64,000 nt of DNA from Leidyana gryllorum EB-2025a (Eukaryota; Protista; Apicomplexa): NCBI GenBank assembly GCA_048772705.1, contig JBLWGC010000180.1:1-64000 (forward strand), written 5' to 3'. Position 1 is the stretch's first letter. Every line of letters starts with the position of its first letter. The notes beneath the pieces are model-generated. The model did not search any database and was not told where the DNA came from. It saw only the letters and a program-made list of their open reading frames with translations. Made by a program: the position numbers and the translations under genes. Shown here piece by piece: positions 35,691-49,206 of this stretch.

Positions 35691-38600
35691 ATGTCTTCAC
35701 TACTCTGTGTGCTCTTTTTTGTTCTTGGAACAGCAGGACTGCCAAATTCTGATCCCTTCCTCAACCTCGTTCCCTTTGCCGACTCCCTAGTCCCCTCTGA
35801 ATCAGCCAATCCTGCCATTGACATAGATAATCCAACTCAGCATTTTTCCACCTCCCAACTAGTTGTTCTCGAACAGGAGATTGGGTTCTTTTCGTGGCTC
35901 GGAGTTCCACGTATTACGAGTAGAGAACAATATGAGGATTTTTCCCGACCACGGCTCGGTAGAGTCAATCAGGGTCCACTTCCCAAACATGAACCGAAGC
36001 CTTTGCGGAATTCGGGCAAACAGAAACCTTCTCCAGCTATCACTACGGCGGAGATGCGGGTGGCTACGCTGTTGTTGACCTTGGAGCTCATGGACTGGAA
36101 AGAAGGTACACCGCTCCACTCTCTTTCAAATTGATACTATGGCCTCCTCAGCTCAATCCGTGATCGGAAGAATACGAGTCCCATCGGACGTTGACGATGG
36201 GCCTACCGCCGATGACATCTTCCCCTCTTTGCAGCTATTACGACTGATAAGGCCCGTGTACTCTCGAAGCGCCAAAGAGTAAGATCGTTCTTCGATTGTT
36301 GAGGTCCATATCTCATTCCGTACGTAGAAAGGCGGGGCCTGGGGTCAAAGTGCTCACCACAACATTGGAGCGAATTGCTGCACAGGTACTGGAGACGTTG
36401 CAGTCGACTCGAAGGGCTGAGATATTCCCCAGTATGTTGATGGACTTTCACCTCAGATCCTTGGCTTGGAGTGTATTTAGCAAAGACGAGGAGGTTCAGG
36501 GAGGAATGTCGGACACTGAGGAGGACATTCCACCCAGACTTCGCTGGTTGCACAGATACCTCTTGGCTGTCGGTACCGTCCCTCTGAGCGAAGACCATCT
36601 CTGGACCACTGTGGGGCCCCTGGTTATGGAGAAGATGACCGAAGACGAGACCATCCCGCATGAAATGATCACCCGCTTACCACCTCCGCGTGTCGACGGA
36701 TACAGAGGGGCGACCTTCGCTCTCTTCTTATATGAACGATGCGTATGGCGATATAAACCCTCAGCAGCTGTGTTGGCCCGGTTCTTCGAGGATCATACCC
36801 CTGAGTATCGTGCCATCATCCAGGAACACAACCGACAGACTGCGGCAGGAGAGGCAGGGTACTCCACCTCGGGCTGGGTTACAAATCAAGGGCCACAAAT
36901 GCTACCCAGAGCCTATGCGGAATCCCTCCAGCGGCATCTCGTCGGATATGCCGACGCGCAGCTCGAGTCGTGGATCAAGATCTATAAGATCCCGGTTGAA
37001 CACTTACTGACGCTGGGCATGCATTTTGCAGTCAGACTCCGAGGAGACTATGTCAGTACCCAACTAAGACACCCGTCGACCGGATGGGCCTACCAGCGTG
37101 TATACCCCGTGCTCATGGTCTCAACAATGGCTTTGATACCCAAACCTCAGAAGATATCGGGCATCTTAGAGCAACTTCGAGCGCAAGCCGAAGAGATCGC
37201 AGAACAACGATATGACGGCGAGATCCAAATGGTGAAACCCTCTGACCTGAGCACTGTGCCACTTTCTCTAGTCACTGATACAATCTCCCTCCAGCCCACC
37301 CCGTGGACACCGCTGACAATAATGTCAATAGGGTAAGCCGGCCTGTGGAATGCAATGTGCAGAGACATCATTTTGTCAGAGCGATTACACTGCCTCCCGA
37401 CGCCCCGCGCCGGAATCTTGATCACCAGTTCCAAATGTACGCCCGCAGTTTTGTTCGCACCGCGCAGGCGGATAGCGAGGAGGCAGCAGCAGTCAGAGCA
37501 TACAGACCGCTGCAGATCAAAATGTTCGATCTGTACCCGGGTCTCAAGGAGGCGTCTCAGCGATTTGAGATAGTTAGATCATTACACCCTCCTGCCAATG
37601 AGCAATTCAGTCCATATTGTCCAGGACTGCCTCAAAGCAATTTCAATCCCATCAACAGTGACCGTCGAGTCCCACAGATTTGTGCTGCCCCACCCTACGG
37701 TCCTTTGGACACCACGGAGGCCGAGAAATTTGCCATCACTTTCTTAAACTGGTATCCCTTGGCCACTACAGTACCACAACAGTGAGAATGATCATCGTCG
37801 CCTATGATGTTACGCCCATCAACAGTGTTGTGGAGAATGGCAATAGGGATGTATATGTGACCGTCTTATGTACAGAACAGGGATGGAAACTTCATCCGGA
37901 CAACTTATTCCACCAGCAGATGGTGAGCGCTTTCACTCAAAGAGACGTAGACGGGTCTTTCACCACAGGCTGGCTGCAAAGGAGTGGCGAATTACGTGGC
38001 CTCGCAGGAACGTTGGGCGGCTATAGTCAAGAAGAGACTGCTGGCCAAGTTTGAAAGAGACCAATCCCATTTGACAACCTATTACACAGGTTTCCAGAGT
38101 CGGGCCTGGATTACAACTCTTTTCCAGTATTCTCCAGTCACCTTCTGAGGGTAGCAATGTGTGTGCTGGTTGAGGTGCACAGTTGAATCATGTTGGTCAG
38201 GCTAGGCGTGCTCATACCTGCTATTGCACACACTCAACGAGTGGATCTCACCCAGGGGGATGTCTTTGGTCTCCACCCGGCGGTTGACGATATGGAGAAC
38301 CCTCAAAGATTTGTCGAATGGGAAACAGCCAAGTTGCGATTGAGATCCAGTCCGGAGATCAAGCGGCTCGCCTTGGTGGCTCCAGGAATAGTGGATGTCC
38401 TCGACATTAACGTGGCGGAAGTCCCGTTGACTTGGGAAGCGTTGGACTCGGGCCCGATGATGATGTGAGAGTGAATACTGCCAGCCCATTGACTATTTGA
38501 GTTCTTTGCAGGGAGGAGGATGTGGAACTTCTGAGACCCGCTTACTACTTCGCCTACGCTCAAGCCAGACGGAACGGAACACTTGATAAACTTTTTCAGA

Positions 38601-40499
38601 GCTTTCCCGATCAACCATTGCCAAATGAATTACTCTTGAGAAATTCAATCGACAAGATAGACAATCTGCTGCAACAGCATGAGCGCGCAATGCAGGGGTT
38701 GGGCTGGTCAATGGCTCTCACCCGACCGGACGGTCTGCCTGCCATTGCCAATGCCTTCATGTCTCAGACACGCTTGGTGTTCCGTTACTACCCGGAGATC
38801 AAGTTCAGTCGAGCTGGTGAAGGGAGGGAGGCAGTGGGCGGTTTCGTCAAAAGCAATGGAGCTCGATTGACAGCTCTCCCCCGCACATTGGTTCGAGAGC
38901 TTGAGGATGCTTTGATGGTGGCTGCAGAGGAGTACTTGGACGCAATGAGAAGTCGCCTCAAACTCAATGAGGTACGTGGGTCAACCCTAGTGTGTTATCA
39001 TGTCTCACCGACCTTAGGCTCTCTTAGAGTTGTACGGTCTGCAAATACTTGCGAATATCCGCCTCGAGATCACATGCAGTCAACTGCAGCAGAGCGAAAC
39101 TGGACGGCGGCAAACCCGCACTTTGGTTGTGAGTCTGATGTGACCGATGTGGAACGAAGTGATCTTTTACTCCCTTCCTCGCAGAATGCGTTCGCTAAAC
39201 TGGAGCCGTTTATCCCCGATGAGAGTGATGTTGCCGACGCATTGCGGGCAGTGAGGCGACAGAAGGGTTTCAGGTACGCGAGAAATATGAAGTTGTATAG
39301 CCGCCACATCATGTAGGAAAATATCGGCTGCTCTCGAGAACCCGGTGCTAGTCAGAACATACATTAGATTACCGACATCAAACTGGAGACATTTGACCAT
39401 TGTCGGCGGTGACCTCCTTCCGCAACACGTCGGTCCCATACCCAGACAACCAACGAAACGGGCGCGAATGGGTATCATTCGGCAACTGATGTCGAGGTGA
39501 GTAGTGTCGACGAAATGGGAAACCTGTTGTTCATCGTTGAGTATATACACATACATATATAGGTTTGAAGAGTTGAAGAGGGAGATGTTCCAAGACCATC
39601 GCCAACTCTTCGGGCTGCGGTACCTCCATCTCTTGTCTCGCGCCACGGTACCCAAAGTGGCCTGGGAGGATTTGAACCCAAAGCACGGTACATTATCCAG
39701 ACTCAAACGGAGATTTGATCCACGAAGTCCTTCCCCGCTGAAATTTCACAGCAGTGCGACCTCCGTGAGTACTTCCTACTCGAGAACGAAGTCATCTCCA
39801 GCCAGCAGTCAGACGGATCTTTGCGAGACATCTGTACCGAAGCCACCTTGCTTCTGCCTTTTCAGATCATAGCAGACATTTGTATCCTCGTTCCGCGGAA
39901 ACCTTGGGCTCTCAATCCTGCGGAAAAATTCTTTGTACAGTGTGCCGCCTCCTATCCCATCGGCACCATAGCCTTCGTCACGTGAGGAATGAGTAGTCAT
40001 CTCGGAACTTGGTATTTATTGTCGTTCGTGCAGGCATAGCTCGAGACATCGAATTCAAAATGATCTTGATAACCAGTTGAGTCTTGCGGAGTGCACCGAG
40101 ACGGGATGGAGTGGTATTGCCGCTGAGCATTTCGAGTCTCCCAACCCTGAAGAATTCATGGTGAGCAGTTCTTTTGGTCAACTCCATCCGCAATATCGTG
40201 TATGCAGCGAGTGTGCTTTGAGGCACAAGCCGCTGAAGAGGGCTACGAGCGGCTCATGGCTCATGATTTTGCACGAATCCTCGGCGATGGGAATCCCTTC
40301 AGCCCAGACTGGTCTCTGGGCAGATCCTCGAAAAGACACGTAAGTAGTATTAAACAATATTCCACGGTGTTGATAACATGCTTTACAGTTCAATGTCTTC
40401 CGCGGGGGTCAACGGGACCTCCCACGGATTATCGGGTCGGCTGTCAGCGTCAAACCTGCTGAAGCAGCGATCACGAGGAGGGATGACCTGCTCGCGTGA
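35691..40499 (+). CDS. Large multi-exon, probably secreted hypothetical protein with an internally duplicated Cys/Trp module
   Basis: Signal peptide MSSLLCVLFFVLGTAG. ORF fragments join in frame via 41-50-nt GT-AG introns (e.g. 37333-37379, 38159-38200); the 39000-39870 exons were less certain. Confidence 0.65.
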
Positions 40500-40505
40500 C
40501 CAACC

Positions 40506-41400
40506 TCAACTAATGCTAGCAGTAATTCGACGTAGGGGTTTCCAGTTGCGCATCCGATCCCGCTTTCTTATTCGCTGCGTAGGTCGCGCGACTAGAGTCT
40601 CCCCCGCTGCAGCCGGTGCTCGTGGCGGCGCAGTCTTCTGGGGAAGCAACGGATTAGTCAGGGTAGACATGGTGGATTGCGATGCCAATCCGTCAATCAT
40701 CGTCTTCTCATTCGGTAGCTTTTCTTCATGCAGCGTTGCATCTGGGAAGTCTGTCCAGATCGATGGTCCTTGCTGGTGGGGATCGTCGCCGCAAGGGTCG
40801 CAGAACAGGGGGGCATCGGGCCGAATCGGGCCAATGAATTCCGGCTGCATCAAGACAGACTTTGCCACTGAGCCGTCAGGCAAGCGAGGTCGTGGCATCA
40901 ACTCCGCTGAAAAGCAGAGCTTGATGTGCGGCCGCTGTTTTAACTACAAATAAGGGCGATCTGTGTTGGAAGCAAGGTGTGAGATCGGTAGCCTACCCTT
41001 GTGCGTCTGCAGGCAAAAGACATTTGAGAGGTACATAGCAGAGTGCTCAGAGGAACTTGACAATCCCCCAAGAAATATTCGTTCTTGCCATCATAATGAT
41101 GGACTGACCATCTGTTGAGGATAGCAGACCCGATCTTGAGTTCGCACTCACTCTAACAGAACGTCAGGTCGCCATGGGAAATATATAGCAGACTTCCAGA
41201 AGAAGGCGCCAGTGACGCTTTTTGATTCGCAAACCGGAAACCGCTGGCGGCTCTCTCCATATCTGGCAAAAACTAGTAGCCCCTTCTGTGATAAATTTGT
41301 TCAGTTAATAGATCGCCAAGCAACTTTGCGAACTCACCGTTTTCCCTTTCGGACAACCTTCGACCGTGTGCAGTTGTATACAGACATTTCTAGGTGGCAT
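40506..41400 (-). CDS. C2-domain-like protein with Pro-rich tail
   Basis: Spliced MPPRNVCIQLHTVEGCP..VFARYG..FFWKSAIYFPW..WSVHHYDGKNEYFLGDCQVPLSTLL resembles a C2 beta-sandwich. Confidence 0.55.
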
Positions 41401-41445
41401 CAAACACTTCAATTTTGCACCTGAAGCATATTTTTTTGGTCCGCC

Positions 41446-42617
41446 ATGGGTCGACTATCTGTCACAATCGTTGGTTCAGGCAACTTCGGGACCGCAATAG
41501 CCCGCCTGGCGGCTCTGAATGCAGCAATTAAAGGAGACCACTTTCAGCATGAAGTGATCATGTGGACTCTACAAGAGACTTTGTCTGACGGGACTTTATT
41601 GACTGACCATATTAATTCAAATCGCGAAAATCCTAAATATCTCCCTGGCGTCTACTTGCCAGCGAACTTGAGAGCCGAACCAGATATTTGCAAAGCAGTG
41701 GCCTCAGCGGATTTGCTCGTCTTCATCTCTCCTCATCAATTCATTGAGTCGGTCTGTTCTTCCATATGTGGTCGTGTCAAGCCGTCAGCCCGTGGGATCT
41801 CTTTCATCAAAGGTCTCTTGATCCGTGACTATCGGCCCCGGCTGCTATCTGATGTAATCTCTGACAAACTCGGTATCGAATGTGATGCTCTCTCGGGCGC
41901 GAATCTAGCGAATGAGGTTGCCTTAGATCGCTTTTCTGAGAGCACACTGGGCTGTCGCGATGACTTCTACTCAAAAATCTGGACGGAACTCTTTCAAACT
42001 CCAAGTTTTCAAATTCGACGTGTACGTGACGTCGCCGGGGTACAGGTAAGAACCACAAAGGAAGAATTGTCACTTGCAATTTTTAGGTGTGCGGAGCACT
42101 CAAGAATGTCGTCGCCGTCGCAGCAGGTTTTTCCGATGGTGCACAGTGGGGTCTCAATACAAAATCTGCCATTATCGCCCGCGCCTTTCGAGAATTACGA
42201 CTGTTTGCCGAAACCTTCTGTCATAACGTCGAAAGCTCGACGTTCTTCGAATCAGCAGGAGTAGCAGACATCATTACCACATGTTTCGGCGGTCGCAATG
42301 CTCGAATGGCTGCGGAGTTTGCCAGTAGAGGGGGGCGTACCTCTTGGGAGGACCTCGAGAAGGAGGTGCTAAAGGGACAAAAGATGCAGGGACACTTGAC
42401 CATATTAGAGGTGATGGAAGTCATCAATCACCACGAACTGCAGCACCTTTTCCCACTGACAACTCAAGTGTACCACATAGCCTTCTCTGCAGCCCCACCA
42501 GACGTCATGTTGCAGGCAATGCGGACCGAAGCTATCATGCCAGTAACCACAAAAGCGGAGAAAGAGCCCAACACCCCTTCTACCACCCCTCTAAGTCAAG
42601 AGGAATTCCACAGCTAG
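41446..42617 (+). CDS. GPD1: NAD-dependent glycerol-3-phosphate dehydrogenase
   Basis: IVGSGNFGTA, ENPKYLPG, PHQF, LSGANLANEVA, CGALKNVVA, ESAGVADIITTCFGGRN; intron 42046-42086. Confidence 0.96.
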
Positions 42618-42633
42618 AAATTTTTCTGTTACA

Positions 42634-44584
42634 ATGTCTACCACCACACAGGACCCAGTAACTCCTCAAAAACTGACTCAGGGTCTTCTATCAACCAAGG
42701 CCCAAGTTGAGAACGCTTTTCGGGATGCCCTGAAGTCCGCATTCCCCACTTTCCCTTCAGAGGCCTGGGAGCCCGTCATTTGCGTCAGTAACCCGCGGTT
42801 CGGTGACTACCAATGTAAGCCCTATCACCGACCAGAATCCCCTGCACATCATCCCCTTTAGGCAACAACGCAATGGCCGTACTGAAACAATACAAGGATA
42901 AGCTCCCCGCCGAGTGCAAGTCCCCCAAAGACATTGGCGAGGTGGGATCTTACATTCAGACTTTTTCCCACGTTTCCTGGTGCAGCTGATCAAGGCACAT
43001 CTTGACAACCAGTTCTTTTCCGACATCACAGTCGCTCCCCAAGGCTTTGTGACTGTCAAGTTTTCGAACGAGTGGCTCGAGCAGCAAGCCAGCTCCATTG
43101 TCACTGGAGACATCTCGTGCAAAGTTGCCGAGTCGTTGTCATGTGGGGTCGATTACAGTTCGCCAAACATTGCCAAAGAGATGCACGTTGGTCACCTCCG
43201 AACCACCATCCATGGAGAGGCCATTTGTCGCATTTTGGAATTTGTTGGCCACGAGGTTACCAGAATTAACCACTTGGGAGACTGGGGCACCCAGTTCGGA
43301 ATGCTCATCGAGCACCTGCAGGAGGCGTACCCTGAATTTGAGTCCAACCCACCGGACCTCAGTGACCTCACCACCTTCTACAAGGCGTCCAAGAAACGGT
43401 TTGACGAGGACCCCGAGTTCAAGGATCGAGCACGAAAAATGGTCGTCACCTTGCAGAAAGGTGACGAGAAGGCCCGCAAAGCATGGCAGCTACTTGTCGA
43501 CATATCGATGGCCGAATTTCAGAAGATTTACGATAGGCTGGGAGTGACTCAGCTGGAGTCTCGTGGAGAGTCCTTCTACAACGACATGTAAGGGGAACTG
43601 CGTCATCGCTCAGTCACTTCTCTCCCTGTCATTAGGTTGCCAGACGTTGTCAAGTGGTGCACTGATAAGGGATTAGTCACAGAGTCAGATGGGGCCAAGT
43701 GCATTTTCCTGGAAACTGAACCTGACAAGAGAGAAAACGAGGTCCCACTGATGATACAGAAATCGGATGGGGGTTATGGGTATGACGCTACCGACATGGG
43801 AGCAATCTACCATCGGCTGCAAATGGTGAAACACGACTGGATCATTTACATCACCGATATCGGCCAGCAAGATCACTTCTTCAAGGTATTCAAAGCCGCC
43901 AAGTTGATGGACTGGCATCATCCTCCCAAAACTCGGGCTGAGCACGTCGCCCTTGGATTAGTCTGTGGTGATGACGGCAAGAAATTCAAGACTCGCAGCG
44001 GGGAGACTATCAAGTTGGTGACTCTACTCGATGAAGCAGCAGACAGGGCGGAAGCCGAACTGAGGACCCGTCGAGAGGGTGCGCCCGCCGATATCGACGG
44101 CATCGATTTACACGAGGCGTCTCGCCGGATTGGGTTCGCGGCCGTGAAGTACGCAGACCTGAAACAACAGAGAGCTGGAAACTACCGTTTCAGTTTCGAG
44201 AAGATGCTTGACCCCAAGGGAAACACTGCTGTGTACTTGTTGTATGCTTACGCGAGAATTTGTCAAATCTTCCGGAAGGCTGGAGTGGAAGAGAGCGATT
44301 TGACCAAAGAGTCGCTCAAGATCAGCGAGCCCAAGGAACGTCAGCTTCTGATGGTCCTGCTGCGGTTCCCCGATATCATCGAAGCCATTCTTACAGATTT
44401 CAGTTGTCACAGATTATGCGAGTACATGTACGAGCTGTCCACCACTTTCACAGATTTCTACTCAGAGTGTCGCGTTGTTGGTAGTGAGCAGCAAGGCAGT
44501 CGTTTGCTTCTGTGTCTCGCCACCAAGCGTATGCTTGCATTGTGCTTCCATTTGCTTGGCATTGAGCCGTTAGAGCGTATCTGA
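42634..44584 (+). CDS. RARS: Arginyl-tRNA synthetase
   Basis: FGDYQC, DYSSPNIAKEMHVGHLR, NHLGDWGTQFG, GESFYN, KSDGGY.Y, KFKTRSG, GNTAVYLLYAYAR. Confidence 0.97.
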
Positions 44585-44607
44585 ACAAAAAGCTTTGCAT
44601 TTAAACA

Positions 44608-46339
44608 TGACTAGCTCCTCACAAGGAGAATTCGATTCCTCCGTAACCCAGTCCTTCGCCAAGCGGGAAGGCACCACTGTGAAGGGCAAAGTGGCCTACT
44701 TTTATGACCCTGACATTGGCAGCTATTACTATGGCCCGGGACATCCAATGAAGCCGCAACGGATGCGGATGACACACTCGCTCATCCTTAGCTACGACCT
44801 GTATAGGTCACTAGAGGTATACCGACCCCACGATGCCACCCACTCAGAACTCGTCGGCTTCCACGACGCGGAATACGTCAGCTTCCTGGCTGATGTGAAT
44901 CTTGACAACTACAAGGTATCCCGCATGGACCTCAGCGTCGCTTCCTCCAACAGACTTCTCAGCTGTATATCAACCAACTACGGCGTTTCAATCTCGGCGA
45001 GGCCACTGACTGCCCTATCTTCGATGGGGTTTTCGATTTTCAGTCAAGCTGTGCTGGCGCATCGATTGATGCGGCCTTGCAGCTCAATCATCGCAACTGT
45101 GACATTGCGATCAACTGGTCGGGAGGCTTGCACCACGCAAAACGAGGAGAAGCGTCGGGTTTCTGCTACATCAATGTGAGGCTTCTGAGCGTTGAATCGC
45201 CAACGGACTTTCTCTCCACAGGACATAGTGCTCGGTATAATCGAGCTCCTCAAGTATCACACTCGAGTGATGTACATCGATATCGACATACATCACGGAG
45301 ACGGTGTGGAGGAAGCCTTCTATCTGAGCCATCGGTGAGGTGTTCGCTTTTCTGATATGTAGGCATGAATTGATCAGCGTGATGACAGTGTCATTTCACA
45401 AGTTTGGCGATTTCTTCCCTGGTACCGGTGACGTTGTTGACGTGGGCGCTGGGGCGGGCAAATACTACGCTGTGAATGTCCCTCTGAACGATGGCATTAC
45501 GGACGAGAAGTTCGTTTCGCTATTTAAAGCTGTGATGCCGAAATGTATTGAGGTCTTCAGACCCGAAGCAATCGTGCTTCAGTGTGGGGCAGACAGCATC
45601 ACTGGGGACCGAATCGGCAGCTTCAATCTTTCGACCAAAGGTCATGCCGCCTGTGTAGAGTTCATCAAATCATTTCGCATCCCGCTGATGTTGTTAGGAG
45701 GAGGAGGTTACACTATCAAGAATGTTGCACGGGCTTGGCTGTACGAGACGGCGGTCGCGTTGGATAAAACCCATTTGATAGGCGACAAAGTTCCCATCAA
45801 TGTGAGCACTAAAGAGTTCGTCACCTTCTCATGTTACCGTTCCGCAGGAGTATTACGACTACTTCGGTCCCGAGCATAATCTCCATCTAACGCCTGATCT
45901 CAATCTGGTAGACAGCAATTCGGACACATACATTGAGAGTCTAAAGACAAGGATCTTTCAAAATCTCACACACCTGTCTCATGCACCCAGTAAGGTTCTC
46001 TGTCGCAACGATCACAGATTCATTCAATTATCCTCGACAGGTGTCCAATTTGGTCACTTGCCTCCGGACTTTTTCAATCGAGACGGCAACATTCAAGATG
46101 ATACCGATGAAATTGATCAGGTCACTGTTGATTGGGAAGGCGGCGGAATCGTTTGGGCCGACTTGGAGCCGCCTCACGACGGGCTCCCACCCCCACAACG
46201 CCCACCGATCCTCCAAACGGCCCTGCCTGTCCGTCTCCGTCGCAAAGACAACGAAAATGACGCTCCTGGTGCTGATGATCTTGATCAACGACGAGGCAGG
46301 TCGGCTATCTCTATCACGGCGCATATGAAACCAGAGTGA
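44608..46339 (+). CDS. HDAC3: Class I histone deacetylase, apicomplexan HDAC3 type
   Basis: [69 protein letters not shown]. Confidence 0.95.
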
Positions 46340-46341
46340 AT

Positions 46342-48293
46342 CTAATGACGATTGACCTTGCCTCTTCCCCGCACAGCATTCTGCGGTTCCGGGTTGCTCT
46401 TAGGATTCTTTACCATCTCATCGACAGACAAGATACTGCAAGCCGCCTAAAATCGATTTCAATAGTAACCTTTTAACTCACACCATTTCCCACTCACCTC
46501 CGTAGCTGCGGCTAAAGCATTGAGTTTGATCATCACAGGCTCCCAGATGAAATTCTTCACAGCGTCGACAACACCTTCACCGTTATGGATGTTGAGGCAG
46601 TCGACGCCCATCCATCTTGTCTCATCAGCTTTCCGGTTGTGCAATTGCCTCAACTTGTTCAGAACATCGGTAGAGTCCAATCCCGCATTACTGGCCAGCA
46701 CTCGAGGAATGACCTCTAGAGCGCGGGCGTATGCGTGGATGATCAACTGCTGCTTTCCTGGGATGCCACGTGCGATCTCTCGCAAGTATGCTGACAACTC
46801 CATCTCGACGGCACCGCCGCCACCCACAACGGCCTCGCTCTGCAGTGCCCGGCAACAGGTCATGATGGCATCATTCAGCGATCTCTCTGCCTCATCGATG
46901 AACTGGTGAGCACCACCTCTCAAGACGATAGTTGCGGCGCCAACCTGTACATAAGGCAATCTGCCAAGTGGGATGAGGATAGCTCTTTACCTTGGGACAG
47001 GCTGAGAAGACGTTGTAACGTTCGCTTCCGATCTGTTTCTCCTCGAAAAGACCACAAGAACCTGTCATTGTCAATATTTTGGCATCCGTTACCGCAGGAT
47101 CCGGCAGCTCACCCATATCATTCTCTCCCAAAGACGAAACAGTGGTCAAGATGCGGGCACCGATAGAGGTTGAGAGCCTCTTGAGATCACCCTCTTCGAC
47201 TCTTCCGGCGCAGAAGATACCGCGATCGGCGAAGTACTGAGTTGCCAGATCACCGATGGCGAGGCGCGACAGGACTATTTGCGCACCAGACTCGACTATC
47301 TTTTGAAGCTTCTCGAAGATGATGTTCCATTCGGCATCAATCATCTTTTGGTAATCGGCAGGATTATCAATGCGAATCTCAGCGTTCTCTTTCTCCGCCT
47401 TCAACTCCAACTCCAGGTTCAGGAGAAGGATCCGGGGATTAGTGAATCGCTTGGGAGCAGCCTCAAACCCAGCGTATGAGAAGCACTTCTTGAAAGCAAC
47501 GCCATCAACACAGAATGAATCGGTCACGGACCCCCCGGAGACTTTCTTGACACCAATCATATTTTTGTTCATTACTGAATCGAGGCGGGAGACGGCTTTG
47601 TACACCATCTCTCCGAACATTTCCTTATGATTGGCCAGCAACTTGGAGTTCAACGAAGTTTCGGCACAGCGAGTTATGGTGGCTTTTTTCTCCCTGAATG
47701 AATGAGTGACAAGTGTTCTCGGAGTCCATATATTGGTACACGTACTCCGCAGACATGGTAGTCAAGTCGTACTGCAAAGTCTTAATCCGAGCCAATGCCA
47801 GCTCGCAAGCCTTCTTGTACCCGGCAACAATCAGCTGTGGGTTGACCCCGTCTTCGATGAAAGTACGGGCTGCCTCAAGGAACTCGCCGGCCAGGATGAC
47901 TACCGAGGTGGTGCCGTCTCCCACCTCTGCGTCTTGGCTCTGTGAGATGTCAACGAGAATCTTCACAGCGGGATGCACAACTGTCAGCAACTCCATTATT
48001 GTTGCGCCATCATTGGTTATAAATACTTTCTGTCCAGTAGAGATGAGTTTGTCGTGACCGCGAGGACCTGTGGGAAGTTGGGATGATAGTTCAATGATTT
48101 GCGCGTACCCAAGGTAGTCTTGACGGTGTCCACGATTTGTTGGCATGCTTTGATGTTGGAAAGAATCAATCCTTTACCCTGTGATGCTTCTGTCCCCTCT
48201 TTTAACAGAATAATTGGTTGTTGCTGCGTATCGGTCTCATATAATCTCATTGTCGGACGACCTTACCATCATAGGGGGGCCTTGCATCATCAT
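46342..48293 (-). CDS. CCT7: T-complex protein 1 subunit eta (CCT7)
   Basis: [74 protein letters not shown]. Confidence 0.95.
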
Positions 48294-48525
48294 CTTGCCA
48301 ACTCTGGAAAGCTACCAAAATTTCTACCAAGTCGGACTGTGTACTCAAGATGATTGGAGCTACTCTTACTCTCTCTCAGAGTGTTGTTTATCTTTATGTA
48401 CCCGGTACTTTACACTGGGTGTCTGACCCGCTAGCGAATTGGGAGTGTTCAAGTATGTGTTTTGCAGCAGATGATGATAAGTGTTGGATGTCCACCAGGA
48501 TACTAAAGACGGCAAGGCAATCACA

Positions 48526-49136
48526 CTACTCAGCTTCCTCCTCATGGAGTCTGGCACGCTTGTTGGTCACGTATATCTTGAGCTCCTCGGCTTTGGCAAC
48601 AATGGCTTTGCGGTTGCGTGAAGAGACGGCATGATGGATTTCGGCAGCAAGCCCCTTGTTCTGCATCGTGAGCATGGTCAGATCCTCCACCTGTTGGTAA
48701 ATATGAATCGGAGCGAATGAGGAGGGAGTGTCATGAAATAGCAGGTGGTTCATCATGACATGGAATAGTTACACAAAGTCGTGTCAGACATCATTTTGTA
48801 TCGTCAAAGCTTTTCGGCCTCGAAAGATGGTATGATTAAATCATCATCGGTCAGTCACATTGTGTACAGCGAAACGGTGGATTTTGAACTCACGCGGCGA
48901 ACGAGGAACTTCTTGTAGCCACAAGGAAGGACGTTGCGGGTGGCAGCGGGGGAACCGTAGCCGATCTTGGGCATGCGCAGAGTGCCCCGGAAGCGACGGC
49001 GGACTCTGTTATCAATACCCTTGGGCTTTCTCCATGATGGGCCAACACGGGCGAAGCGGTCCGACTGGAAGCGGACAAACTTCTTGGTGCGCTTCTTAAC
49101 GATCTTGGACCTCTGAACAGGCTTGATGGCGGTCAT
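48526..49136 (-). CDS. RPL32: 60S ribosomal protein L32 (eL32), one 203-nt intron (48691-48893)
   Basis: [52 protein letters not shown]. Confidence 0.97.
48780..48851 (-). ncRNA. Intronic box C/D snoRNA, guide complementary to LSU rRNA CGAAAGAUGGU (snR39b/SNORD2-like)
   Basis: Minus strand: C box ATGATGA (48847-48841), guide ACCATCTTTCG, D' CCGA, C' TGACGA, D box CTGA (48787-48784); flanking tacacaa/ttgtgta stem. Confidence 0.85.
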
Positions 49137-49206
49137 GACTGCGCGTCTCTGGGGGACAAGCCGAAAACTTTTGTGCGAATTTCTGAAGTTCTTTTAGACA
49201 CAACAG

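Noticed and set aside
38144-38148. Apparent in-frame stops suggesting codon reassignment
   Set aside because: Each case checked resolves with a short intron, and all three stop codons end conserved genes.
35350-40953. Endogenous virus or frameshifted pseudogene cluster of orphan ORFs
   Set aside because: The fragments join in frame through ordinary GT-AG introns, and no capsid, polymerase or integrase motifs were seen.
48294-48525. snRNA/snoRNA in the RPL32-CCT7 spacer (Sm-like AAATTTTGG, ATGATGA, CTGA)
   Set aside because: The boxes are not in a valid order, and the T-tract matches the general pre-ATG motif.
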